IMG/VR virus record: IMGVR_UViG_3300032331_003707
Coordinates: 1-64,000 of that record
Reading direction: 5' to 3' (one strand)
From: a virus
Length of the DNA: 64,000 nt
Part shown: piece after piece, positions 38,186 to 48,250 of the stretch
Numbering within the stretch: position 1 is the stretch's first letter
How the letters are laid out: each line of letters opens with the position of its first letter
The notes under the pieces: generated by a model
The model's input: the letters and a program-made list of their open reading frames with translations, nothing else
What the model was told of the DNA's origin: nothing
The model's database searches: none
Program-made: the position numbers and the translations under genes

Positions 38186-39328
38186 ATGGAAAATAATAAT
38201 TCAGTGTGCTACGTAGCACGCATAAACGAAATCAAAGAAATCCCAGGAGCAGATAATATCGAGCAAGGTGTTATCGGTGGATGGAATTGTATTATCAAGA
38301 AAGGAGAATACAAAGTAGATGACTTGGTTGTAGTGGCAACAACCGATGCAGTCATTCCTGTAGAGTTGTCAGATGCAATGAATGTAACCAATTACTTACG
38401 TAAAGGTCAACGTGTGCGTACTGTTAAGTTGAGGGGAGTATATTCTGAGTGTTTGATTATACCTTTAAGATATGCTCGTCAATCTGCTAAGTACACTAAA
38501 TTGGAGTGGGATGAAGGTAAGGATATAATGGAATTGTTGGGTGTCTACAAGTATGAACCACCAGTACGCCAAGTACAATTGGCTGGGGGTCGTAAAATTA
38601 AATATAAAGACAATCCTAACTTCACAGTATATCACAAGTTCCCTAACATTAAGAATGTAACTGGAATGTTTACTGAAGAAGATTATGTACAAATTACTCG
38701 TAAGATACATGGTACAAATGCTCGTTACGGTATTGTTAAGAAACATAAATTATCGTTTTGGGATAAAGTTAAAAAACTCTTTACTAACAATATATGGGCT
38801 GAATATGAGTTTATATATGGGTCCCATAACGTTGAGAAAGGTTCAGATACACAAGGTTTTTATGATACTGATGTTTGGAGGGAAGTAGCTGATAAATATG
38901 ATATCAAAAACAAGTTATGGGAGTTTGCTAAAAAAATCTCACCAGCTGTAATTGGGTCTGGGGTAGTAGTTTATGGTGAAGTATATGGTCCTGGTATCCA
39001 AAAGAACTATGATTATGGGTTAAAGGAGTTAGAGTTTGCTGGGTTTGATATTACAGTCAATGGTACATACCAAACCACATTCGCTACTAGACATATTATG
39101 GTTGGTGCATTCGAATTACCACACGTACCTGAATTATGTGAACATACATCTTGGTCACAAGAGATTCAAGACCAATTCACATTCAACAACTTCATTGAAG
39201 GAACTAAAGTACCACATGAAGGTATTGTAATCAAACATATAAGTGGACAAAGAGAAAAAATAGCCAAAGTAATCAACCCAGACTACCTCATCTATGGAGA
39301 GAAACACGATGTAGGAGATAGCCACTAA
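38186..39328 (+). CDS. RNA ligase, DRB0094/Rnl5-like family
   Basis: N-terminal OB domain (IPGADNIE..VRTVKLRGVYSE), KIHGTN, YGEVYG, FDI, EGIV, AKVIN. Confidence 0.88.
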   Translation: MENNNSVCYVARINEIKEIPGADNIEQGVIGGWNCIIKKGEYKVDDLVVVATTDAVIPVELSDAMNVTNYLRKGQRVRTVKLRGVYSECLIIPLRYARQSAKYTKLEWDEGKDIMELLGVYKYEPPVRQVQLAGGRKIKYKDNPNFTVYHKFPNIKNVTGMFTEEDYVQITRKIHGTNARYGIVKKHKLSFWDKVKKLFTNNIWAEYEFIYGSHNVEKGSDTQGFYDTDVWREVADKYDIKNKLWEFAKKISPAVIGSGVVVYGEVYGPGIQKNYDYGLKELEFAGFDITVNGTYQTTFATRHIMVGAFELPHVPELCEHTSWSQEIQDQFTFNNFIEGTKVPHEGIVIKHISGQREKIAKVINPDYLIYGEKHDVGDSH

Positions 39329-39373
39329 ACTCTTTATCCTAGGCTTTTAAATAAAATTTATTATCTTTATAGT

Positions 39374-40024
39374 ATGAAAATAGAGTTAAAACAACATCAA
39401 AGATTATGGTTTACGAGTGATACTCACTACAACCACTCCAATATTTGTAGAGCAACTACACGTTGGACTGATGCTGATAGTGTGACTCGTGATTTTGCTT
39501 CATTAGAGAAGATGAATGAGGAGTTAGTGTACTGGATAAATAGGAGAGTAGCGCAGGATGATATCTTGATTCACTTAGGTGATTGGTCGTTTGGTGGTTT
39601 TGAAAGTATCCAAACATTTAGAGATAGAATTGTATGTCAAAACATACATTTAGTGTTAGGCAATCACGACCACCACATTCAGAATAACAGAGATAACATC
39701 CAATCTATATTCAGCTCAGTAAACCAATACTTGGACTTAGGTGTTAGTTGGTGGATTGCTGGCAAGAAAAAGGAACACGCTCGTTTCATTTGTATGCACT
39801 ACCCAATCGCAAGTTGGAATGGGATGAATGATGGTGCAGTGCATTTACACGGACACGTTCACTTACCTAAACATTTAAGAATGGCAGCAGGTAAAGCAAT
39901 GGATGTAGGAGTTGATGGAAATGACTTGGAGCCAATTGAAATGGATGATATATTAATAAAGATGGTATCTAGGCCAATTGCTAAATTAGCATTACCAAAG
40001 GATCACCACGAAAAAAGATTATAA
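39374..40024 (+). CDS. Calcineurin-like metallophosphoesterase
   Basis: SDTHYNH, LGD, GNHD, HYP, HGHVH, DVGVD. Confidence 0.9.
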   Translation: MKIELKQHQRLWFTSDTHYNHSNICRATTRWTDADSVTRDFASLEKMNEELVYWINRRVAQDDILIHLGDWSFGGFESIQTFRDRIVCQNIHLVLGNHDHHIQNNRDNIQSIFSSVNQYLDLGVSWWIAGKKKEHARFICMHYPIASWNGMNDGAVHLHGHVHLPKHLRMAAGKAMDVGVDGNDLEPIEMDDILIKMVSRPIAKLALPKDHHEKRL

Positions 40025-40025
40025 C

Positions 40026-40733
40026 ATGAAAACAATAGTATTAGGAGATACACATGGTCGTAACATTTGGAAAGAGATTGTGTTTCAAGAAAAAGCAGAT
40101 CGAGTTATTTTTATTGGAGACTATTTTGATAGCTTTGATATCGGTCCTGCTGAGCAGATGTTTAACTTTAGAGAGATTATTGACTTTAAAGAGAAGGGTG
40201 AGTGCGAAGTTATTTTACTAATCGGTAATCATGACTTCCACTACTACCCAGGTGGTGAAACATACTCAGGATATAAAGCAGGCGCGGCACCAGCTATTAG
40301 ACAAATACTACAAGAAAATAATCACCACATACAAATGTGTTATCAACTTGATAATGTTTTGTTTACACATGCTGGTATTGGTCATGATTGGTTAGTATAC
40401 CAAAATAAATATGAAAGTGGCTCAATTGCTGATTTTGTAAATGATATTTGGAAATATCAGCCTAATCGCTTTATGTTTTATGGTATTGACCAATATGGTA
40501 ATACTAAAACACAAACACCAATTTGGATTAGACCTCAAGCATTAATGGCTGGTAATAGAGATACATTCTTGAAAAAAGAGTATATTCAAGTAGTAGGACA
40601 TACTGCTGTAAGAAAGATTGATATCGAAGGTAAAGCAACAGGAGGCAGATATTACTTTATCGACACATTTGACACATCAGGCCAATTCCTGATTTATGAG
40701 AATGGAGAATTTAGATTAGGAGAATACCCTTAA
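40026..40733 (+). CDS. Calcineurin-like metallophosphoesterase
   Basis: GDTHG, GDYFD, GNHD, THAG, VGHT. Confidence 0.9.
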   Translation: MKTIVLGDTHGRNIWKEIVFQEKADRVIFIGDYFDSFDIGPAEQMFNFREIIDFKEKGECEVILLIGNHDFHYYPGGETYSGYKAGAAPAIRQILQENNHHIQMCYQLDNVLFTHAGIGHDWLVYQNKYESGSIADFVNDIWKYQPNRFMFYGIDQYGNTKTQTPIWIRPQALMAGNRDTFLKKEYIQVVGHTAVRKIDIEGKATGGRYYFIDTFDTSGQFLIYENGEFRLGEYP

Positions 40734-40747
40734 CACTTATATAAATT

Positions 40748-40990
40748 ATGGCAAAAGTAATAATTGAATTTGATTGCGTTGAAGAAGCAGATGGAATACA
40801 CTCTGCATTATACGGATACAAGTATAGAAATATACTTTGGGAGTTAGACCAAAAACTACGTAGTGTGCATAAGTATGGTGCTGCTCTTGAAGGTAATGGA
40901 GAAGCTACAGATGCAGAAATGGATGTATGTTATAGACTGAGAGATGTTATCAGAAAAATGCTACAAGAAGATAACTTGACAATAGAGTAA
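40748..40990 (+). CDS. Hypothetical protein
   Basis: ORF in operon. Confidence 0.55.
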   Translation: MAKVIIEFDCVEEADGIHSALYGYKYRNILWELDQKLRSVHKYGAALEGNGEATDAEMDVCYRLRDVIRKMLQEDNLTIE

Positions 40991-40992
40991 CT

Positions 40993-42063
40993 ATGAACAA
41001 TTTAGATAAAGAATACCAAATGCTCCTAGAGTATATTCTAGGTAATGGAGTAGAAAAGAAAGACCGAACTGGTACTGGGACTAAATCAATCTTTGGTTGG
41101 CAGATTCGTCACAACATGAGCGAAGGATTTCCTTTACTCACAACCAAGAAGATGGCTTGGAAGCAGATTGTAACCGAGTTATTATGGTTTTTAAGAGGTG
41201 ATACCAACATCAAATACCTTGTTGATAACAATTGTCATATTTGGGATGGCGATGCGTATAATAATTACCTTAAAGGTGGTGATGTGAAGTGGTTAAAATT
41301 TACAGAAGTAGATACACCAATAGGTAAAATGAACATTCCAACACCGTATTCAAAAGAAGAATTCATCAACAAAATCAAAACTGATGATGAGTTTGCTTAT
41401 AAGTGGGGTGATTTAGGTCCTGTGTATGGTGCACAATGGAGAGGTTGGCATTGGAGAAGTGAACCATTCCTACCAGAAGAAAAAGATGTGATTTACACAA
41501 CCGAAGGTAAACCAGTAACTTGGTCAAAAGAAAAGTATATTGACCAAATCGCAAACCTAATCAACGACCTTAAAACAAACCCAGACTCAAGACGATTAAT
41601 GGTTAATGCTTGGAATGTTGGAGAATTAGACCAAATGGTTCTCCCACCTTGTCATTATGGATTTCAAGTTTATACAAGAGAGTTGACTCAATATGAAAAA
41701 TATAGTTGGGGGATGTTAAATGAAGATAATCCTAACATCCCAACCCGAGCAATTTCTTTAATGTGGAATCAACGTTCAGTAGACACATTTTTAGGTTTAC
41801 CATTCAACATCGCAAGTTATGGATTGTTATTAACTATGATTGCAGATGAGGTAAATATGGTTCCTGATGAATTGATTGGTAACTTAGGTGATGTGCATTT
41901 GTACAACAACCACATTGAGCAAGCGGAGTTGCAATTAACTAGAGAGCCATTTGAGTTACCTAAAGTAATAGTTCAAGATGGGATATTCTGTAGCTCAGTT
42001 AATGATGTCATTTTAGAAAATTACCAATCACACCCAGCAATTAAAGCACCATTAAGTAATTAA
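40993..42063 (+). CDS. thyA: Thymidylate synthase
   Basis: DRTGTGT, FPLLTTKK, ELLWF, LGPVYGAQWR, LPPCH, QRSVD.FLGLPFNIASY, HLYNNH. Confidence 0.96.
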   Translation: MNNLDKEYQMLLEYILGNGVEKKDRTGTGTKSIFGWQIRHNMSEGFPLLTTKKMAWKQIVTELLWFLRGDTNIKYLVDNNCHIWDGDAYNNYLKGGDVKWLKFTEVDTPIGKMNIPTPYSKEEFINKIKTDDEFAYKWGDLGPVYGAQWRGWHWRSEPFLPEEKDVIYTTEGKPVTWSKEKYIDQIANLINDLKTNPDSRRLMVNAWNVGELDQMVLPPCHYGFQVYTRELTQYEKYSWGMLNEDNPNIPTRAISLMWNQRSVDTFLGLPFNIASYGLLLTMIADEVNMVPDELIGNLGDVHLYNNHIEQAELQLTREPFELPKVIVQDGIFCSSVNDVILENYQSHPAIKAPLSN

Positions 42064-42567
42064 ACTATGACCATAACTTTAGAACCCATAACTCATATTA
42101 ACACATTAGATGTTATATATGATACAAAACTAAAGCAATTTTGTGTTTACCCACAAGGTGTAACTAACTTTGACGAGGATTATATTAAAAAGAATTGTTT
42201 AAGATTACCTTTACCGAATTAAATTATTATCCCTAATTCCTTATCCGAGGCTCTTTAATTATCTTTATTATCTTTATAGTATAAGAAAAAAATTATGATT
42301 ATATCAATTGTTATTTCAATTTCATTAGCAGCAATAGTTGCATTATTAATGGTTCGAGGATTGACCTATATGGAAAAAAATCACCCCGATTATAAAGGTG
42401 AGGATTTGTTTGACGAAGATAAAGATAATTTAATAAAATAAAGGTTATGAAAAATAAATTAAGCAATAAAGCAACAGATTTATTCGTAAGTTTTGCTATT
42501 GTATTTGGAGTATTCACATGCGTGTTTGCATTTTTAGGAATGTTTCTTAAATTAATATTTGGATAAT

Positions 42568-42960
42568 ATGGAAGATAGAATACAAATAAATGGGGTATGG
42601 TACACTCGAGAAGATAACCAACCAACACAAGAAATAAAACCATTAAAGAGAGAAGATGTAACTGGCTTTAAAGGGTTTGTATATGAAACAGATAAATTTT
42701 GTTATGAAGTAACTATTATAGCAAAAGATGGTTTATTTGAAGAAGGTGAATACCATGATAATATTGATATTAAGTTCACTGACAAACGTATTAAACCATG
42801 GGTAGAAGATCACTGGGATAGTATGTTTTGGTTTAAAGGAGTACTTGAAAATAACCCAGACTCAATTAACTCATTAATAAATGAAAATGAAATGGAGGCT
42901 GAAGATATATTAGAGTTTAGATCATTTTTAGCATTTTTAAAACAACAAGGATGGCTGTAA
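42568..42960 (+). CDS. Hypothetical protein
   Basis: MEDRIQINGVWY start, operon. Confidence 0.55.
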   Translation: MEDRIQINGVWYTREDNQPTQEIKPLKREDVTGFKGFVYETDKFCYEVTIIAKDGLFEEGEYHDNIDIKFTDKRIKPWVEDHWDSMFWFKGVLENNPDSINSLINENEMEAEDILEFRSFLAFLKQQGWL

Positions 42961-43301
42961 TAACATATATAAGAGTAACATACGTAGCATTATCACACTA
43001 CGGCAAACCCATAGCAACTGCTCATACAGAGAAAGATCTCAAAGATGGTATAGATGAATACTATGGGATAGGAACAGACAATAAAGCTAAGTATATCGAA
43101 TGGGTACCATACAACTGCAAATACCCAGATGAACTTGAAGGACATCATGTATATGAAGTAGATGATTTCAATGGTGGGTTAGAGTTTGAGCGGGTAAAGG
43201 TGTATTGTGTAGAATTTTATCCACATACAAAATATGAAGTCGATACTCAAAAAGAAGCACTTATTGAACTAACAAATATAAATTTAGAAGATGAAAACTA
43301 A
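42951..43301 (+). CDS. Hypothetical protein
   Basis: Overlapping operon ORF. Confidence 0.55.
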   Translation: MAVITYIRVTYVALSHYGKPIATAHTEKDLKDGIDEYYGIGTDNKAKYIEWVPYNCKYPDELEGHHVYEVDDFNGGLEFERVKVYCVEFYPHTKYEVDTQKEALIELTNINLEDEN

Positions 43302-43548
43302 AACAGTAGAGCGTCTAATGAACGAGACACCAGAGCATATCAAACAACAAGTTAGTGAGTATGCTGATAATGTAGTTCAAAACAACGCATCATTTGTATT
43401 TACTCCATTTCCTAAATATGTGGGTTGTTATTGTTTAGGAGGTAAGACAGGAGTATGTATTTATTTTAAAACTAAACCTAACTGGTTTCATAGAACAATG
43501 ATGAAATTATGTTTAGGTTGGGAATGGAAAGATGATAATAGAATATAA
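43291..43548 (+). CDS. Hypothetical protein
   Basis: Overlapping operon ORF. Confidence 0.55.
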   Translation: MKTKTVERLMNETPEHIKQQVSEYADNVVQNNASFVFTPFPKYVGCYCLGGKTGVCIYFKTKPNWFHRTMMKLCLGWEWKDDNRI

Positions 43549-43551
43549 GTT

Positions 43552-43923
43552 ATGAAAAGAGATACACCCGTTTTTAATATAATTGTAATGCTAGCAATAA
43601 TAGTAGGTATAGCATGGTCACTATCAAAAGTAGGAGAAGTTATAACTTCTAGTAAACAATATCCTGAACAACCTGTTAAGCCTACTATCTCAGACTCGGT
43701 AAAACCAGTCCCGGAACAACCATATGAATCAAAGGAAGATAGTTTAATAAAACAACTATATCCTATTTGTGTGATTGAAATAAATAAATCTACTTATAAA
43801 GGATATAAGTGGGAAGTAATAGCAGAGAACGGTTTAATGTATTATACTAATAATAAACCAAAAATTGGTGACCCTGCTTTTTATATTGGTAGTGATAGTG
43901 AAACATTATATTGGACTAAATAA
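43552..43923 (+). CDS. Membrane-anchored hypothetical protein
   Basis: N-terminal TM. Confidence 0.55.
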   Translation: MKRDTPVFNIIVMLAIIVGIAWSLSKVGEVITSSKQYPEQPVKPTISDSVKPVPEQPYESKEDSLIKQLYPICVIEINKSTYKGYKWEVIAENGLMYYTNNKPKIGDPAFYIGSDSETLYWTK

Positions 43924-43926
43924 GTT

Positions 43927-44154
43927 ATGAGTAAACAAACAGCAGTACATTGGTTAATGGAACAAGTAGCCGATGAAGAAAACCAAAGAACACTCTCAGG
44001 AGATCAGTGGAGGGATATAATTGATCGAGCCGTTCAGATGGAAAAAGAACAACTAATAAAAGCAGTATATGACTCTATGGGAACTAACTTTGATCCTAAT
44101 ATGGGTAGAGCAGAACTATACTACAACAAAACTTACGGAGGTAACGATGAGTAA
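43927..44154 (+). CDS. MSKQTAVxWL-family protein, copy 1
   Basis: Paralogous to the next ORF. Confidence 0.7.
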   Translation: MSKQTAVHWLMEQVADEENQRTLSGDQWRDIIDRAVQMEKEQLIKAVYDSMGTNFDPNMGRAELYYNKTYGGNDE

Positions 44155-44419
44155 GCAAACTGCGGTTGAATGGTTGGTGCAAGAAATTCATAAAAATGGC
44201 AATTGGATTCCTACTCATATGATTGACCAAGCCAAGCAAATGGAAAAGGAGCAGATAAATAAAACAGCTCAAGATAACTTTTATGCAGGTCAAGATTTAG
44301 CAAATGGTTATAAAATTGATTGGGATTCTTCAGAACAATACTACAACGAAACTTACGGAGGCCAAGAAGAACCCAACCCAAAACCAGACCAAAACTACAA
44401 ATTCGAAGACGGCGTATGA
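44147..44419 (+). CDS. MSKQTAVxWL-family protein, copy 2
   Basis: MSKQTAVEWL...QMEKEQI...EQYYNETYGG. Confidence 0.7.
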   Translation: MSKQTAVEWLVQEIHKNGNWIPTHMIDQAKQMEKEQINKTAQDNFYAGQDLANGYKIDWDSSEQYYNETYGGQEEPNPKPDQNYKFEDGV

Positions 44420-44682
44420 GTGAAGAACAGGAAGAACTACCAAACGAGACTTATGAACAACGCTGGAGGGACACTCAAGCATACAATACAAAACATAATA
44501 AGACTTGGGTAGAATGCCCTGGATATGATAAGGCTTGGATCGCTTGTGAAACAGACAGTTCGTATCACATAACTAAACTCAAAAACGTATACGATGATAA
44601 GGGAAATGTCCGACGTCCTCGAACATGGGGACTTGAAGGTGAATGGGTAAAAAAAACTAAATTTAATTATAGAAAGTTATGA
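44416..44682 (+). CDS. Hypothetical protein
   Basis: Likely start MSEEQEE overlapping the upstream stop. Confidence 0.5.
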   Translation: MSEEQEELPNETYEQRWRDTQAYNTKHNKTWVECPGYDKAWIACETDSSYHITKLKNVYDDKGNVRRPRTWGLEGEWVKKTKFNYRKL

Positions 44683-44909
44683 GCAACATTAAATTTTATA
44701 CAAACAGACAAATAGCCCTACAGATGGCTATGGAACATACTAAACAAGAAGGAACATTACGTTATAGTCAAGGTATAGGAAGCGTATGTAAAATAGCAGA
44801 TGAGTATTATAAATGGTTACAAGACGCACCACAATCCGATAAAGATGAAAATAAGTGGTATTATGATGTTACAACTACTAAACCTAAAGGGAAGTCTGAT
44901 TCAAAATAA
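44679..44909 (+). CDS. Hypothetical protein
   Basis: ATGA-coupled ORF. Confidence 0.55.
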   Translation: MSNIKFYTNRQIALQMAMEHTKQEGTLRYSQGIGSVCKIADEYYKWLQDAPQSDKDENKWYYDVTTTKPKGKSDSK

Positions 44910-44989
44910 TTTTCACTCCCTAACTCTTTATCCGGGGCTCTTAAACATTCTATATTATCTTTAGAGTATAATTAAAAACAATAAAAGTT

Positions 44990-45796
44990 ATGTTAGAAAT
45001 CAAAAACACATCATTTCTCGACAAAGTTGAGATTAAAAAACGCGCCGCGTCAGTATTCACATCTGTAAAAGGCGAAGCAACAAGTGAAAAATACACTCAT
45101 ATTCCAACAGACCGTGTTATTGAAGACATGGAAAAGTTAGGATGGGGTGTAGTAGATGCTAAAGAAGTACGTGCTCGTAAAGGAGTAGGGTTTCAAAAGC
45201 ATTTGGTAGTATTTCGAAACCCAAGCATTGCCATTACAGGTGATGATGGTGATGATGTATTTCCACAAATTCTATTAACAAATAGTCATGATGGTAAAAA
45301 TGCATTTACATTTACGGCTGGTTTGTTTAGATTGGTTTGTGAGAATGGTTTAGTTATTTCAACTCAAGAGTTTGAAAACCTAAAGATTCGTCACATGGGT
45401 TATAACTTTGAAGAGCTACAAACAACAATCACAGCGTTAGTAGAAAAACTACCACTGACAGTTGATAGCATGAACAAGTTGAAAGCAACCAAACTGAATC
45501 AGAAACAGAAAGAAGACTTTGCTAAGCGTGCCCTAGAAACACGATTTGGTAAGGAAGATGTTCAAAACATTACTATTGATGTTAAGTCACTATTAGAACC
45601 AACTCGTAAGGAAGACAGTGGTGATGACATTTGGAGTGTGTTTAACGTGATTCAAGAGAAATTGATTCACGGTATGTTCGAGTATAAATTTGGTACTAAG
45701 GTACGTAAAGCTCGTAAAATCAAGAATTTCAAACAAGACATAAAGGTAAATGAAGATTTGTTTGAATTAGCACTTGATTATGTAACAGCGGCGTAA
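44990..45796 (+). CDS. DUF932/DUF945-family phage/plasmid protein
   Basis: SEKYTHIPT, LTNSHDG, AGLFRLVCENG, IRH, WSVFNVIQEKL. Confidence 0.8.
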   Translation: MLEIKNTSFLDKVEIKKRAASVFTSVKGEATSEKYTHIPTDRVIEDMEKLGWGVVDAKEVRARKGVGFQKHLVVFRNPSIAITGDDGDDVFPQILLTNSHDGKNAFTFTAGLFRLVCENGLVISTQEFENLKIRHMGYNFEELQTTITALVEKLPLTVDSMNKLKATKLNQKQKEDFAKRALETRFGKEDVQNITIDVKSLLEPTRKEDSGDDIWSVFNVIQEKLIHGMFEYKFGTKVRKARKIKNFKQDIKVNEDLFELALDYVTAA

Positions 45797-45966
45797 ACGC
45801 CAACGGTAGAAACAAAACATCCCCAGTTTCTTGCAGTGGGCCCACTGAGACTTTATAAGGATGTACATGGCCTCGACTCTGATCAAGTCGGGGCCTTCTT
45901 GATCCAAATTTTTTATCCGAGATTATAGATTATTTGTTTGTATCTTTATATTAAATAATAAAACAT

Positions 45967-46101
45967 ATGACTAATAAAGAGCTAGCAAAACAGATCCAAG
46001 ACCTAAATGCGTATTTGGATAAAAATCCATGGGATGTTCAGCAACGTCAATTGCGTTACGATCTTGTTGACCAATTGTGTAATAAGATCCTTAATCCTTA
46101 A
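45967..46101 (+). CDS. 44-aa cassette ORF
   Basis: MTNKELAKQ...KILNP*; between two CCGAG promoters, stop lies inside the repeat. Confidence 0.6.
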   Translation: MTNKELAKQIQDLNAYLDKNPWDVQQRQLRYDLVDQLCNKILNP

Positions 46102-46152
46102 TCCGAGATCATCAATTAACTTATATTATCTTTATACTATAAATTAAAACAC

Positions 46153-46614
46153 ATGATTAAATTTACAGAAACAGATTCAGGGCGTGTCAGAGCCGGATTC
46201 ACAGATGAAAACAATGACTGCGCAGTTAGAGCATTAGCTGAAGTAACTGGAACAAGTTATTCAAATGCACACATGTTTTGGGGGCAGTTAGGTCGAAAAA
46301 GAGGTGGTGGTTCGTTTATGGTGTGGTTAGATAAGTATTTGTTTAATAATGACGACAAAGTATTTGGTATGAAAGTAAAGCGACACAAAATGCCATATCA
46401 CGATCATGAACGTCAACCCGACCCTGTTACTCGTAAACCAACATTGAAGCGATTAAATGTTAAAACGTTTATACAACAAAACCCAACAGGTAGGTTCATG
46501 ATTATTACTTGTAATCATGCTAAGGCCATTGTTGATAGTGAGATACGTGATTTTGAACAAGGTGTTTACAGTGAGGTAGCATTAGTATATGAATTTATAT
46601 CCCCAACTTCTTAG
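46153..46614 (+). CDS. Hypothetical phage protein (NDCAVRALA motif; possible thiol-protease fold)
   Basis: DC.VRA...H motif; own promoter. Confidence 0.55.
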   Translation: MIKFTETDSGRVRAGFTDENNDCAVRALAEVTGTSYSNAHMFWGQLGRKRGGGSFMVWLDKYLFNNDDKVFGMKVKRHKMPYHDHERQPDPVTRKPTLKRLNVKTFIQQNPTGRFMIITCNHAKAIVDSEIRDFEQGVYSEVALVYEFISPTS

Positions 46615-46671
46615 CCGAGATTTTAGAACAAATGATATTATCTTTATAGTATAATTAAAAACACAAAACAC

Positions 46672-47394
46672 ATGGAAAAAATTAGAATTGTTTGTGGTAA
46701 AGATTTGAATTTCAATAATTCAATCCTTCAACCAATGAAAACCAAATCAGAATTAGATGTAATTCTATCTGAAAGTGGTGGTTTAATGCCTGCAACTAAC
46801 ATGGTTATTGCTGGTGGTGCTGGGTCAGGTAAAACAACGTTAACATTAGATATGTTAGCTCGACTCACCACTGAGGGGTATAAAACATTGTTTATATCTG
46901 CTGAGATGGATGAGATTGGTTATTTCAAGTATTGCAAACGCTTACCTGCCATCGCATCTGTTCCCGTATTTTTTGTTAAAAATCATGTTGATACGTTAGC
47001 TCAAACATTGCTAACAGTGTTAGATGAGGGTTATGATGTGGTTGCTATTGATAGTGTTGCTGAGATATTAGGCATGTTCAAAGATGTATATAAAACTACG
47101 GAAGTAGCTGGTGAGAGATGGTTATTGGAGTTACAAGACAAACATAAAATGGGTCGTAACAAAACATCTACACATACATGTTTCATTAACATTCAACAAG
47201 TAACCAAACAAGGTACGTTTGCTGGTAGTAACCGATTGAAACATATGACTGATGCTATGGCCATTATCAAACGTGATGTGGATACAGCAGAGCGTAGTCT
47301 ACAGTTTGAGAAGAATCGTGATGGTAACACAGATCAGGTAGTAACATTTAGAATTACATCTGATAGTGTAGCATATGGTTTTGAGAGTATATAA
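46672..47394 (+). CDS. RadA/Sms-like RecA-family ATPase (no Zn finger or Lon domain)
   Basis: GGAGSGKTT, FISAE, VAIDS, VTKQGTFAGSNRLKHMTD, KNR. Confidence 0.82.
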   Translation: MEKIRIVCGKDLNFNNSILQPMKTKSELDVILSESGGLMPATNMVIAGGAGSGKTTLTLDMLARLTTEGYKTLFISAEMDEIGYFKYCKRLPAIASVPVFFVKNHVDTLAQTLLTVLDEGYDVVAIDSVAEILGMFKDVYKTTEVAGERWLLELQDKHKMGRNKTSTHTCFINIQQVTKQGTFAGSNRLKHMTDAMAIIKRDVDTAERSLQFEKNRDGNTDQVVTFRITSDSVAYGFESI

Positions 47395-47515
47395 TGTGTG
47401 TGTGTTTTAACATAGGTATGAATTAGGGTGAAGAGTAAAAAAAGCAGTAGCCCTAATTTCTTACCCTTGGTTTTAAAAGTATTTTTATTATCTTTATAGT
47501 ATAAGAAAAAATAAT

Positions 47516-47601
47516 GGCCGGATGGTGAAACAGGTAGACACGCAGGACTTAAAATCCTGTTGCCCGAAACGGCAGTGTGGGTTCGATTCCCACTCCGGCT
47601 A
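47516..47601 (+). tRNA. tRNA-Leu(TAA)
   Basis: GGCCGGA/TCCGGCT acceptor, CAGGA-CTTAAAA-TCCTG anticodon arm, long variable arm, GGTTCGATTCC. Confidence 0.93.
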
Positions 47602-47608
47602 CTAAAAA

Positions 47609-47792
47609 GGATTGTTATGCTACCCACACCTAGGGTTAGTGAGTTACTTAAAGAGGTACAGTCTGACGAGGCAGACCATAACAATAATACAATGAGGAAG
47701 GCCCTTAGGCAAGGCTATGTCAACTGGAACGTATGCCGGAAGATGAATAACCACTTACTCATGGGTTCGAACGCGATGCAAAGCGCCCCAGA
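47609..47792 (+). ncRNA. Unassigned structured RNA downstream of tRNA-Leu
   Basis: ATTGTTATG/CATAACAAT closing stem with inner hairpins (GTCTG/CAGAC), ATGAG/CTCAT stem; GC-rich. Confidence 0.45.
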
Positions 47793-47826
47793 GACCCAGA
47801 CCTGATCAGTCTGGGTCTTACCTTTT
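47792..47826 (+). terminator. Intrinsic terminator
   Basis: AGACCCAGAC-CTGATCA-GTCTGGGTCT followed by a T-rich tract. Confidence 0.75.
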
Positions 47827-48250
47827 AAAATTACCATAATTTTTTATCCGAGGTTCTGAAATTGAATTTTATATCTTTATAGTATAAGAAAAAAATATGA
47901 GTAAGTTTCAAGTAAAGTATTCAGGTAAGATGATGGATCAATTCCCACAGAATAGATTCAATCAATACCCAGCAACAGCACCTGCTTATGAGGTATTAGA
48001 TGAAAACGGAACATCTAGGTTTGTTGGTTCATATCAAGCATGTTGGAATTTTATTCAAATATTCGCTAATTAAACAATACATAATATGAAATATACACCA
48101 GCAATGCAACAAGTAGTAATGACACTCCAACAATATGGAATTGTCAACCCATCACCAAACCAAGTAGCATTAATCGCTTCAGATATAGGTGAGAATTTAA
48201 CCAGCGCTCAAATAGTATACATATCAAATAATGTCTAAATAAAACACAAC

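Noticed and set aside
40993-42063. Intron or intein in thyA
   Set aside because: The ORF is continuous; the insertions are short loops with no intein or group I signatures
47560-47805. 81-aa ORF (and minus-strand 47334..47684)
   Set aside because: Overlaps tRNA-Leu, the structured RNA and the terminator; TTG start without a typical leader
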